From the NCBI GenBank assembly GCA_002722735.1, contig PBMR01000005.1:74402-138401 (forward strand): a DNA stretch of 64,000 bases, read 5' to 3'. How positions within the stretch are numbered: position 1 is the stretch's first letter; every line of letters begins with the position of its first letter. Positions 18,502 to 27,792 of this stretch are shown piece by piece. A program made the translations under genes and the position numbers. The notes under the pieces were generated by a model. That model saw only the letters and a program-made list of their open reading frames with translations. It ran no database searches and was not told the origin of the DNA. Source of the stretch: Methanobacteriota archaeon. GTDB lineage: Archaea; Thermoplasmatota; Poseidoniia; Poseidoniales; Thalassarchaeaceae.

Positions 18502-20313
18502 TTAGTCGCACTGTTCAATGAGTGTCATAGCCTGCTGTGCCCACATCATCTTCGTGACCCTTCCAGACATAAACTCCAGAGCCCCATTTACTGCATCGGC
18601 GGTCACATTATCCATCTTGGAAATCTGCTCCAATGTATGAATTCCCATTACATTCAACTTCTTCTGGATTAGCTCATCCAACCCTTGAATCTTCGTGAGG
18701 TCGTCTGGCTCCTTATCCTCTGCTCTGCCTATCTGAGTCCAGTTAATTTCATTCAGACCCACTTTGTCAGAATCGTCGCCCTCCGCCACCACAATTTGTG
18801 AATCACCCCCAACTTCTTCCAATCCAATGAATGTCATAGCCTGCTGTGCCCACATCAATTCGGTAACTCTTCCAGGCATGAACTCCAAAGCGTCATTTAC
18901 AACCTCAGCAACCTCAGGGTTCATCTTTGAAAGCTGTCCGAATGTGCGGATTCCCAAGACACCGAGCTTCTTCTGCGTAAAATTGTCTATACCATTGATT
19001 CTAGTGAGATCATCTGACTCTCCATTCTCAACTCTGCCTATCTGGGCCCAGTTAATTTGTTCTGATCTAAGCCCAACTCTCTCAAGAATGCCCCCCTCTC
19101 TCTCTTCTTTCTCCGCTTCAGCCGCTATTTGCTCGATGTCCCTTCCTGCTATCTCGGCTTTTTGAATAGCTTCGCCGACCCTCTTCTCGGCAGCCGCAGC
19201 CTCTGCTTTTGCCTCCTCGGCCTCGGCCTCCTCGACCTCCGCCCTCTTGCGTGCCTCCTCGGCCTCGGCCTCCTCGACCTCCGCCTTCCGAAATGCCACC
19301 TCAGCCTCCACCTTGGCTGCAACCACCTCAGATTCCGCCCTCTTGCGTGCTTCCTCAATCTCCGCCCTCGCCTCGGCCTCCAACCGCGCCTCCTCGGATT
19401 CCGCCCTATCACGAGCCGCTTGCCCCCTCATCTCTTCCTTTGACGCCTCAAGTGCCTCTTGCTTCTGAGCCATCTCAGCCTCGAGCCTCTTCATCTCAGC
19501 CTGCATATCTTGGATTTCTTTTTCAGCCTCTTCAGATTTATTTGCAGCATCACTTATTGACCCGTGATCATCATCAACATCATCTGCCACCTGAAAATCC
19601 TGCTCTTCGACACCACTCACCCCTGTAGACAATTGCTCGGGTACCTCAAGCTTCTCCTCAGTGATACCCTGTCTATTGTGGATTTCCTCTAACAGAGTCG
19701 CTGCTTCGTCCCCGGCCCCCCTCATTAGCCCTGCCACAATATCAGGTATGAGACGCAAAGATTCCTTCATACGGTGATTATCATCGACTTCATGGAGCTT
19801 CACATTTGCGCACTCTTCTGCAACCTTGCGTGAATAGCTAATTGGAACCACTGCATCATTTATTCCATGCATTATGGCCGTCGGATGCGCTGTCTTCGGC
19901 CAAGACATTTTCTCTGCCGATTCCATGAACTCCCATGGGAGGATTATGTCCAATTCAAAGCCCGTGTAACGCCTCTCCCCTGTGTGTTTCCAAGCACTCC
20001 TCCCTGCTTCTTCCATCCCCTCCCAGTTTTCGGACAAGCCAAAGGATGGCGCTATCAGAAGCAATCGTATTGCTGCTCCTGGCCTCATCGAAGAAGCGTT
20101 TGCAGCAGCGAGACCGCCCATTGAAGAGCCAGCAACAAGATCAAACTGCTCTTTATCCATGTGACGAATTAGAACCTCGGTCTGACTAGCTATGCTCCAT
20201 CCCAACTGCGACATCTTGGGTGCAGTAACATCCCAACCCAGTGCATCTCTCATGTAAGCAACCTTTGATCCCGTAGGACTCCCCTCAAAACCGTGAGCGA
20301 ATAGAACTCTCAC
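18502..20313 (-). CDS. Alpha/beta-hydrolase (YqiA-like esterase) - acidic coiled coil - 2x HhH module (COG3743-like) fusion protein
   Basis: N-terminal part VLFAHGFEGSP...GSSMGG (GxSxG)...NDAVVP...DDNHRM. Central E/A/K/R coiled coil. Two C-terminal about 75-aa modules DDLT(R/K)I.G(I/L)D...KKL.V.GI.T..Q(L/I)SKM...ALEFM.GRVT..MWAQQAMT. GTG 20313 avoids overlap with the next gene; the ORF extends to 20385. Confidence 0.75.
   Translation of the reverse strand: MRVLFAHGFEGSPTGSKVAYMRDALGWDVTAPKMSQLGWSIASQTEVLIRHMDKEQFDLVAGSSMGGLAAANASSMRPGAAIRLLLIAPSFGLSENWEGMEEAGRSAWKHTGERRYTGFELDIILPWEFMESAEKMSWPKTAHPTAIMHGINDAVVPISYSRKVAEECANVKLHEVDDNHRMKESLRLIPDIVAGLMRGAGDEAATLLEEIHNRQGITEEKLEVPEQLSTGVSGVEEQDFQVADDVDDDHGSISDAANKSEEAEKEIQDMQAEMKRLEAEMAQKQEALEASKEEMRGQAARDRAESEEARLEAEARAEIEEARKRAESEVVAAKVEAEVAFRKAEVEEAEAEEARKRAEVEEAEAEEAKAEAAAAEKRVGEAIQKAEIAGRDIEQIAAEAEKEEREGGILERVGLRSEQINWAQIGRVENGESDDLTRINGIDNFTQKKLGVLGIRTFGQLSKMNPEVAEVVNDALEFMPGRVTELMWAQQAMTFIGLEEVGGDSQIVVAEGDDSDKVGLNEINWTQIGRAEDKEPDDLTKIQGLDELIQKKLNVMGIHTLEQISKMDNVTADAVNGALEFMSGRVTKMMWAQQAMTLIEQCD
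19211..19285 (-). repeat. 42-nt tandem coding repeat (14 aa, EARKRAEVEEAEAE)
   Basis: gcctcctcggcctcggcctcctcgacctccgcc occurs at 19211 and again at 19253. Confidence 0.8.
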
Positions 20314-20317
20314 GAAA

Positions 20318-20752
20318 TCACCCCAAGTTACAGAAGGCGAGCCGAACGAAATCACTCTCCGTCGCCTCTCGCTGGAAGGGCACACCCTCCTCTCCTAGCA
20401 CGCGCAGGTGAATCTCGGCGGTGACTTCCACGGTCGCTTCGAACAGGTGACCTCCGTGAACTACGTGGTCGTCATCAGTGGCGACGATGTGGATGTGGGT
20501 GAACGGGCCATCGGGTCCGGGAGCGAGGTTCCCCTGAGTTGAGAGGAGTTCCATTGGGGCTTGGTGAACCACTTTCTGGTAAACACCATCTGCATCTAGG
20601 TACCCAATCACGGTGTCACGTACCCTGCCGATTCCGCTTGTGATCGCAGCCACTGTAATCCCATATCCACTCAATTCGCGAATAGAGGCATGCATTTCGT
20701 CGCCCGGGTCGAGCCTGACGAACACGTCGCGACCAAAGCGCCTGTGCTCCAT
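20318..20752 (-). CDS. PPC (DUF296) domain protein
   Basis: FVRLDPGDEMHASIRELSGYGITVAAITSGIGRVRDTVIGY...MELLSTQGNL...HIHIVATDDDHVVHGGHL is the typical PPC/DUF296 pattern. Confidence 0.7.
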   Translation of the reverse strand: MEHRRFGRDVFVRLDPGDEMHASIRELSGYGITVAAITSGIGRVRDTVIGYLDADGVYQKVVHQAPMELLSTQGNLAPGPDGPFTHIHIVATDDDHVVHGGHLFEATVEVTAEIHLRVLGEEGVPFQREATESDFVRLAFCNLG

Positions 20753-20968
20753 GGGCCTCGATTGGCCTTCTTGACTTCAAACTCACCCAAGCACTTCTTC
20801 CTATGGACTGGCGAAATTCATAGGGGAGTTGCAGTAGAAGCGCCCAGTACTCCGATTGCGTGCCTGCGGGGGCCACTATTCTCCACTGGAAGCAATGGGG
20901 TTGGAATTCACGACCACACTGTTCATAGGCCTACTTCACAGAGTGGCAAAGCCCGGCGGTGAAATCAG

Positions 20969-23122
20969 TTGACGATGGCAGCACATGATGCCTCCGCGAG
21001 ATGGAGGACCTTCCTCGAGGAGGCTAAGGAATCAGAGGTGATGATGCTTATTTCTGGCCAGACTCATTTACCATTTCTGGCTGTCTCGTTCCACGATCTG
21101 CAGAGTTTCGATCCGGAATTTGCCGAGGACGTACTAGAATACCCCAGGAAAATCCTCGCAGCCGGCTCAAGGATGCTGATGGAAATTTGCAGAGAGCGGG
21201 GGGCGGACGTTGAGCCCTTGCTTCGTGTCGGTGAGCTACCCAAGGATAGCCGAAGGCCGCTTCGAGAAATTGGCAGTGCCGATATCAATAGAATGCGAAG
21301 CGTTGATGTCATCGTGACCAAGATGTCTGAGATCAAGCCCAGAATTCACATGGCCGTGTTCAAGTGCGAGTCTTGCGGACACGATATCGAGATTGAACAA
21401 GATAACGAGAGGCAACTGAAGGAACCACTATCGTGTCCTCAGGCACTTGGGGGCTGTGGTAGCTCTAGACCAGTGACCCGTTTCGAACTTGTGCTGTTGA
21501 ACTCTAGAATGGTGAATAATCAGTGGATTGAGATTCAGGAATTGCCCGAGAATGTCCCTAGCGGCGCTCAACCTGGAAGGGGCATGGTCCTCGTCGAGGG
21601 GAATCAGGTGAACAAGCATCTTCCCGGACAGCGGATTACTGCAAATGTAGTCCCTTTTGCTCGCACTGAAGTCAAGAAGGGCAAGAAAACCCCACTATTC
21701 GACATTGTCTACCATTTGGTCAGTTCTGAGCACGAGAGCGTTCCGTTTACCGAGATATCAATCAGCGATGAGGACAAGGAGAAGATAATTTCCATTTCTG
21801 AAAGGGGGGAGGAGCTGCTCACTTTGATGCAGAACTCGATTGCTCCCTCAGTTTTCGCCATCGGAGACATGCCAGCCGTCAAACGCTCCCTAGCTTTGCA
21901 GCTGTTCGGTGGCGTCTCTAGGATTAACCCGGACAATACCCGACTCAGGGGTGACATTCACATCCTGCTGATGGGGGATCCGGGGGTTGCGAAATCACAA
22001 CTTCTCAAGTACATGATAAAAATCTCCCCCCGTGGTAAACTAGCCTCTGGAGGGGGTGTTTCTGGAGCCGGCCTGACCGCAGCTGCTGTCAGGGACGCGT
22101 TCAATGACGGGAGGTTCGGATTAGAAGCTGGAATCCTACCTCTATCGGATAGGGGGCTGGCGGCGATAGACGAGTTTGACAAGATTTCCGAGGATGATCG
22201 CAAGACGATGCATCCTGCCATGGAACAACAGGAGATCCAGATTTCCAAAGGGGGCATCACTGCCACCCTGCCGGCACGATGCTCTGTTCTGGCAGCCGCC
22301 AATCCTGTTCAGGGCAGGTTCTCTATCCGTGGTAGCAATATCAGTGTAATGTATTCATTCAAAGAAACCGGGCTACCCGTGCCCCTTGCGTCTAGATTTG
22401 ATATTATTTGGATGATCAGGGATGAGATTAGGGTGGAGGACGACGAACGGGTTGCCAGGCATATTCTCGAGACCCGCTCCAAAGCCATGAGTGAGGAAAA
22501 AATTGAGGGTGGAGCCGACTTCGATCCGATTTCCTCTGAAGAGGATAAAATCATCTCTATTGGGGTGGACAATAAGGAGTACCTGACGACCGACTTCCTG
22601 AGAAAGTACATTGCCTACGCCAAGCGGAACGTACACCCCACGATCGACACGAAGGCTAAGGAGATGATTCTCGAGTACTATACGGCCACTCGCGTTTCCT
22701 TCGGGAAGATTGACGACGATCTTGAGGGCTCCGATGTAGTGCCGATTACCGCTCGTGCACTGGAATCACTCATTCGCCTTACTGAGGCCCACGCTAGAAT
22801 GCACCTGAAGGAAATAGCCGATGAGGAAGACGCGAAAATGGCAATCGGGGTCTACAAGCATTGGAGACAAGAGTCAAACATCACTGACGCATCAGAAATC
22901 TATTCTGGGGTTACTTCCAGCACAAGGCGTGCAAACACCACAATCAGGACCATAATCAGGGATATGGTCAACGAGAAGGGTCACGCCGATCGCCTTGACA
23001 TATACAATCTCGCCCTGCCGAAGAATATTCCAGAGAATGTCGTTGACGAGATAATCTCAAAGATGCTGACTAGTGGTGAGCTGTATAGCCCTCGCCTAGA
23101 TCGCTTCGAATATGTCCGCTGA
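20969..23122 (+). CDS. mcm: MCM replicative helicase
   Basis: Zn ribbon CESCGH...CPQALGGCGS, Walker A MGDPGVAKSQLL, Walker B AAIDEFDK, arginine finger SRFD. TTG at 20969; first ATG at 20975. Confidence 0.95.
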   Translation: MTMAAHDASARWRTFLEEAKESEVMMLISGQTHLPFLAVSFHDLQSFDPEFAEDVLEYPRKILAAGSRMLMEICRERGADVEPLLRVGELPKDSRRPLREIGSADINRMRSVDVIVTKMSEIKPRIHMAVFKCESCGHDIEIEQDNERQLKEPLSCPQALGGCGSSRPVTRFELVLLNSRMVNNQWIEIQELPENVPSGAQPGRGMVLVEGNQVNKHLPGQRITANVVPFARTEVKKGKKTPLFDIVYHLVSSEHESVPFTEISISDEDKEKIISISERGEELLTLMQNSIAPSVFAIGDMPAVKRSLALQLFGGVSRINPDNTRLRGDIHILLMGDPGVAKSQLLKYMIKISPRGKLASGGGVSGAGLTAAAVRDAFNDGRFGLEAGILPLSDRGLAAIDEFDKISEDDRKTMHPAMEQQEIQISKGGITATLPARCSVLAAANPVQGRFSIRGSNISVMYSFKETGLPVPLASRFDIIWMIRDEIRVEDDERVARHILETRSKAMSEEKIEGGADFDPISSEEDKIISIGVDNKEYLTTDFLRKYIAYAKRNVHPTIDTKAKEMILEYYTATRVSFGKIDDDLEGSDVVPITARALESLIRLTEAHARMHLKEIADEEDAKMAIGVYKHWRQESNITDASEIYSGVTSSTRRANTTIRTIIRDMVNEKGHADRLDIYNLALPKNIPENVVDEIISKMLTSGELYSPRLDRFEYVR

Positions 23123-25196
23123 CCCTATGAGCGTCACCCCCATCCCCGCATACAGTACCATGGAGCCCACCGGAAACACAAGCGAGCCCGACGCGCTGAA
23201 TCCGGTGGTACTGGGTTTCATGTGCGGCTTGGAGGTTCACCAACAACTCGCCACCGATAAACTGCATTCGAGGATGCCTAGTGAGTTGTACGACTTCAAA
23301 TTGGAAGACATTCCCAAAGATTGGAATCGGTCCAACCGCAAGCTCAGGGCCTCGGAGGGTGAAGGCGGAAAAATAGACGTCGCAGCCCGTTTTGAACAAA
23401 TGAGGAACCGTGCCTTTGAGTATGTACAGACACCGAATTCCGGATTGATTGAGCTGGACGAGGCACCACCTCGGAAACACGATGCATCTGCGGTGGAAGC
23501 GTCTCTAATGGTAGCCGCCATGATGGATGCCAAGCCAATCCCAAATCTACAGGCGATGCGCAAGACAGTGGTTGACGGCTCGAACACCAGCGGATTCCAG
23601 AGGACTACCCTGATTGCGACGAGAGGCAGGATCGATACGGACTCGGGCGAGGTGGGAATCGACCTCATCTCGTTGGAGGAGGATTCTGCGAGAAAACTCG
23701 GTACTATCGCATCGGATTACGGAGAGACCGTGTTCTACACCCTTGACAGACTTGGAGTCCCCCTAGTGGAGGTCGCTACCGCGCCCGATGTCAAATCCCC
23801 GGAGCATGCCAAGCAGACGGCGATTGCACTTGGGAGGCTCCTCAGAGACACCCGACAGGTCAGACGCGGCCTAGGCTCAATCAGGCAGGATCTCAACGTT
23901 AGCATTGCTTGTGGCGACCGAGTCGAGATCAAGGGATGTCAGGACCTCGATTGGATTCCCGGAATCATCCGGCTCGAGATGGCACGGCAGCTCCATTTCT
24001 ATCGTCTTGCCAATGAGTTGCGCAAGGAAGCCTCTCTCCCCCCACTGCCACCCGACAGGGCGGACGATTCCATTCCCAGTGAGAATAGGGTTGCGCTGGC
24101 AGCGTCCTCTCGCATTTCCCTAGTTGTACATGACCTGACCGAGGTCTTCGGTGACTGTGAGTCGGCAATGGTTCGCAACTCCCTAGACCAAGGAGCCACC
24201 GTTCACGGAGTCGGCCTTGCGGGGTTCTCAGGCAAGATTGGAATCAAAGCAGAGGATGCTAACGGGGCGCAACTCCCCAGGCTAGGTCGCGAACTCGCCA
24301 GTGCTGCAAAGCTAGCGGGCGTTGCCGGCATTTTCCATTCGGACGAACTCCCGGATTACGGAATCTCCACAGAGGAGGTTGATTCGGTCCGCTCCCGCTT
24401 ATCGCTGAATGAGTCCGATGCCTTCGCCTTGTGCGTAGCACCGGCCTGGCAGGCAGAACTAGCACTCGAGTCAGTAGTCAACCGGGTGAGACTCGCATTC
24501 CATAGGATTCCCAGAGAGGTCCGGAACGTCGTCATTCGTAAAGGGCAGCCCGATGATGGAACAACCACGGCAATGAGACCGCTTCCCGGCGAAGCGAGGA
24601 TGTATCCGGAGACCGACATTCCGTTACTTGAGATCACATCTGAGCACTGGGATGCCATCCGCGGCAACCTCCCTCCAACCACTGCAGAGAGGATGGCTCG
24701 TTTGCAGGGGCACGACCTATCGTCGAACCAGATCGAGGCGCTATTGAATGGTGAGCTAGACGACCTGCTCTTCGAAGGCATGGAGGGAGAACTCAACCTC
24801 CCCGGAAAGGCGTGGGCAAGTGCACTGCTGGAATATGGGACACGGAATGTGGGCGCTCTCGCCGTAGCCATCCACTTAAGGGAGATAGGCGCAATGACTC
24901 GAGAGGGAATCGAGACTTTGGTCGAGGCTGCTGAAACGGAGGATATCCAATCTCTCATGAGATGGATGTCGGAGGAGGCAATATCCCGTGGATTCACCCC
25001 GGCCGATTCGGGAGCGGTCGAGGCTGCAGTAGATGCTGCGATAGATGAGAGCACGGATCTAGTCAGAGACCGTGGAATGGGTGCAGTCGGACCACTGATG
25101 GGCATTGTGATGCAGAAATTGGGTGGCTCAGCCGATGGGAAGACTGTCAGTGAAGTGCTTCGGGAGAAGATCCGAGAGATTACGGAAACCGAGTGA
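23112..25196 (+). CDS. gatE: Glu-tRNA(Gln) amidotransferase subunit E (GatE)
   Basis: GLEVHQQL...TSGFQRT...LEEDSARK...NVSIACGDRVEIKG...RMYPETDIP. 11-nt overlap with mcm. Confidence 0.9.
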   Translation: MSADPMSVTPIPAYSTMEPTGNTSEPDALNPVVLGFMCGLEVHQQLATDKLHSRMPSELYDFKLEDIPKDWNRSNRKLRASEGEGGKIDVAARFEQMRNRAFEYVQTPNSGLIELDEAPPRKHDASAVEASLMVAAMMDAKPIPNLQAMRKTVVDGSNTSGFQRTTLIATRGRIDTDSGEVGIDLISLEEDSARKLGTIASDYGETVFYTLDRLGVPLVEVATAPDVKSPEHAKQTAIALGRLLRDTRQVRRGLGSIRQDLNVSIACGDRVEIKGCQDLDWIPGIIRLEMARQLHFYRLANELRKEASLPPLPPDRADDSIPSENRVALAASSRISLVVHDLTEVFGDCESAMVRNSLDQGATVHGVGLAGFSGKIGIKAEDANGAQLPRLGRELASAAKLAGVAGIFHSDELPDYGISTEEVDSVRSRLSLNESDAFALCVAPAWQAELALESVVNRVRLAFHRIPREVRNVVIRKGQPDDGTTTAMRPLPGEARMYPETDIPLLEITSEHWDAIRGNLPPTTAERMARLQGHDLSSNQIEALLNGELDDLLFEGMEGELNLPGKAWASALLEYGTRNVGALAVAIHLREIGAMTREGIETLVEAAETEDIQSLMRWMSEEAISRGFTPADSGAVEAAVDAAIDESTDLVRDRGMGAVGPLMGIVMQKLGGSADGKTVSEVLREKIREITETE

Positions 25197-25232
25197 ATAG
25201 TTCAACTACTTGTTCCGAACGTTGGCATCCCC

Positions 25233-25862
25233 GTGTCGGTTCTGCTGCCCATCCTCGTCTTCATCCTAGCCAACACTTTCGTAATCTACGGCATGTCATC
25301 CCCCGATCAGCGTCTCAGAGTTTTATCCACATTTTGGCTCGTGATGCTCCTGCTCACTTCCTCCACAATCGCCACTGAATGGTCTAGAATGTCCAATCTG
25401 GTGCTAGACAACGACGATTCGCATAACGGGCTGCCCAAGGAGTGGGACGGAAGGCAGGCAGTGTGCTTCCACTTCCCCGAGGGGAATGCCCCGGAGGGAT
25501 TCGAGGACGGTAGGCACCATCTGGACACCTCTGGCAGAGAGTTGTTCGTAGACCCAATGTGGAACGAGACCGGCTCCTGCGTCGGTGGATTTGAGGGATA
25601 CGAGATCGGAATGGACCTACTAGGAGCAGCAATAGATGCTACAGGCGACTCGTTCTCAATGAGCTACACAGAATTCTCCTTCGGCATCATGATCGACTCC
25701 CTCGGCGGAATCCATGCTTGTGACGCCGTGACCTGCTCGGATGACGGGACTTCAGGAGCCTCCTGGTCGTTATACCACAACGGAGCCGTTGCGATGGTAG
25801 GGATCTCCGATCTAGCTCTGGTCGAAGACAGCGTTCTGACTTGGCGTATCGACACGTGGTGA
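25233..25862 (+). CDS. Membrane-anchored DUF4430-like protein
   Basis: N-terminal TM helices. C-terminal GMDLLGAAIDATGDSFSMSY..FGIMIDSLGG...SWSLYHNGAVAMVGISDLALVEDSVLTWRI matches the DUF4430 pattern. Confidence 0.5.
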   Translation: MSVLLPILVFILANTFVIYGMSSPDQRLRVLSTFWLVMLLLTSSTIATEWSRMSNLVLDNDDSHNGLPKEWDGRQAVCFHFPEGNAPEGFEDGRHHLDTSGRELFVDPMWNETGSCVGGFEGYEIGMDLLGAAIDATGDSFSMSYTEFSFGIMIDSLGGIHACDAVTCSDDGTSGASWSLYHNGAVAMVGISDLALVEDSVLTWRIDTW

Positions 25863-25921
25863 TGGCTTGAGAAACGCAATCATCAAGTGGGGAGAAGTGC
25901 CCAATGTGACGGGGGGTTCTG

Positions 25922-26572
25922 ATGATTGACGCGCACATGGTCACGCTTAGTCCCATGGCGATGCTAGTCCTCAACACCTCGCTGCTGGTGATGATTGGCT
26001 GGGCGCTCTGGCGCGCCGAGCAAAATCTGACCCCACACAGTGACTGGTTGGCCCTTGCGCTCCTCGGCATCTTCGCAGTTTCAGGACGTGTTCTGCTAGA
26101 CCCGATTCCAAACATCCAGCCTGTGACAGTCATCGTTCTTCTTACTGGCATCCACTTCGGCGCTTCTCGCTCAGTCGCCCTAGCTGCGACAGTAGCCCTC
26201 GCATCGAACATGATACTTGGCCATGGCCTCTGGACCTTCTACCAAGCCGCAGGATGGTCTGCTGTTGGTATCGTAGGCGCATTGCTCTCCAGCAGGCTGT
26301 ACCCGAATGGAACCATTGCAACGACCAAGTTGGCAGCGACATCGGCCGTGGCAGCATTAGCCTTCGATTGGATTGTCTCCCTCAGCGCCCTGCACACGCT
26401 TTCTCCCGAACTCCTGCCGATGTACATCGTATCCGGAATCCCATTCGACCTGCTGCACGCTGCTGGCAATGTCGCATTCGTTGCTTGGCTCGCAGTTCCA
26501 CTTACTGACCTGATGTCCAGGTATGCGCAGTCCCCATCCCCTTCGGCGTTGAGCGACCTTGCCACGAGATGA
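25922..26572 (+). CDS. 6-TM membrane protein resembling ECF-transporter S components
   Basis: RVLLDPIPNIQPVTVIVLLTGIHFGASRSVALAATVALASNMILGHGLWTFYQAAGWSAVGIVG resembles the PNvqP...G..fG...G.G.Wt pattern of S components. Confidence 0.4.
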   Translation: MIDAHMVTLSPMAMLVLNTSLLVMIGWALWRAEQNLTPHSDWLALALLGIFAVSGRVLLDPIPNIQPVTVIVLLTGIHFGASRSVALAATVALASNMILGHGLWTFYQAAGWSAVGIVGALLSSRLYPNGTIATTKLAATSAVAALAFDWIVSLSALHTLSPELLPMYIVSGIPFDLLHAAGNVAFVAWLAVPLTDLMSRYAQSPSPSALSDLATR

Positions 26573-26582
26573 GGAACTAACC

Positions 26583-26927
26583 ATGGTCCTCGTGACCAGA
26601 CATGACCTCAAACTGTCGAAGGGAAAGCTCGCCGCACAATGTGCCCATGCCGCAACCGAATGCGTCCTCGTAGCTAAGCGAAAAAGCCCGCGCGCCCTAG
26701 ATCGCTACATCAAGGTAGGAGCGAGGAAGATAGTCTGCAAAGTCCCTGACTTGATCTCCCTGAAACAAATCCATAACAAGGCCAAGAAATCTGGCTTAGT
26801 ATGCCACTTAGTCACAGATGCTGGGCACACGGAGATTCCACCAGGTACTGTTACGGTGGTAGGGATCGGTCCTGATTCCCGGGAGGCAATAGACAAGATC
26901 ACCGGCGACCTCCCTCTAGTCAATTAG
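26583..26927 (+). CDS. pth2: Peptidyl-tRNA hydrolase, archaeal type (Pth2)
   Basis: MVLVTRHDLKLSKGKLAAQCAHAA...VTDAGHTEIPPGTVTVVGIGP. GAGGA SD upstream of ATG 26583. Confidence 0.9.
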   Translation: MVLVTRHDLKLSKGKLAAQCAHAATECVLVAKRKSPRALDRYIKVGARKIVCKVPDLISLKQIHNKAKKSGLVCHLVTDAGHTEIPPGTVTVVGIGPDSREAIDKITGDLPLVN

Positions 26928-27005
26928 CACGGATATGCTCGAGAGAGACTTCGCCTTCTGAGGGAAGCGCGAAAGTTGAAATCGGGAACCAGCGAGAACT
27001 CCTTG

Positions 27006-27728
27006 ATGAGCGAGGAACCCTTTGTGGTGGACGTTCGTGGGCTGCACTGCCCGTTCCCGATCAAGAAGATTCGCAGCGCACTCGATGAACTACCCGCTGG
27101 ATGTGAAATTCACATGCTAGCTGATGATCTCGAGTCTCGCTACGATGTGCCAGCCTTGCTCAAGCGTCTGAAGATGCCCAAACCAGAGATTCAGGAGCGC
27201 GACGAGGACCTACTTTTCATCATTCAGAATCGAAAGGCGGAACGGGCCGAAACCAAAGTGACGACTCATCGAACTATTTCTTCTCGCCCCGCTTCCGAGA
27301 CCTCTGATGGGGGTCGCTGGCCTAGTAGACTGCAACGAATCATCGATGATTTCGAGGGTGTCTCCAGCCAGATGGAGAGATATGAGATGCTCTACGACTG
27401 GGCTAGCAACCTCGATACGCTCCCCGAGGAGGAGTGGACCGATGCGAATCTCGTGCACGGCTGTCAGTCGGAGGCGTTTATCACCGCCGAACTCGACGAC
27501 GAGGGAAAGTTCCACTTGAGGGGTGCCTCCGAAGCAAGGATAGTTGGGGGTTTGATGGCAATCACTGCGGTGGCTCTAAATGGCCTCTCCGCAACCGAAG
27601 TGGCCGACTTTTCGCTTGACTTCGTTCAGGAAATGGGACTCGATACTGCCCTAACTCCGAGCCGGGCAAACGGTTTCTTGAACATGTTCACAAAAGTGCG
27701 TCAGATTGCCAGCACCCTGGCCGAGTAA
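27006..27728 (+). CDS. TusA-like / SufE-like fusion (two sulfur-carrier domains)
   Basis: N-domain VDVRGLHCPFPIKKIRSAL (TusA CPxP Cys). C-domain LVHGCQSEAFITAELDDEGKFHLRGASEARIVGGLMAI...TPSRANGFLNM (SufE). Confidence 0.75.
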   Translation: MSEEPFVVDVRGLHCPFPIKKIRSALDELPAGCEIHMLADDLESRYDVPALLKRLKMPKPEIQERDEDLLFIIQNRKAERAETKVTTHRTISSRPASETSDGGRWPSRLQRIIDDFEGVSSQMERYEMLYDWASNLDTLPEEEWTDANLVHGCQSEAFITAELDDEGKFHLRGASEARIVGGLMAITAVALNGLSATEVADFSLDFVQEMGLDTALTPSRANGFLNMFTKVRQIASTLAE

Positions 27729-27792
27729 TCAGCAATCGTACTATTCCACTCCTTCCGAAGAATTGGGGCACACCTAAGTTTGGCAGAGTGGA

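Noticed and set aside
19150-19450. Periodic short repeats that at first glance resemble a repeat array
   Set aside because: The repeats are contiguous with no unique spacers, in frame, and encode E/A/K/R coiled coil. This is not a CRISPR array.
20314-20385. Upstream 24-codon extension of the esterase/coiled-coil ORF
   Set aside because: It would overlap the preceding PPC-domain gene by 68 nt. A GTG at 20313 starts exactly at the conserved hydrolase N-terminus (VRVLFAHGFEGSP).
20969-23122. Possible intein in MCM
   Set aside because: The length (about 715 aa) and uninterrupted Walker A, Walker B and arginine-finger spacing are normal. There is no Cys/Ser-...-HN splice-junction insert.
24356-25105. 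249-aa minus-strand ORF
   Set aside because: It is antisense to gatE and has a Ser/Ala/Pro/Arg-rich composition.
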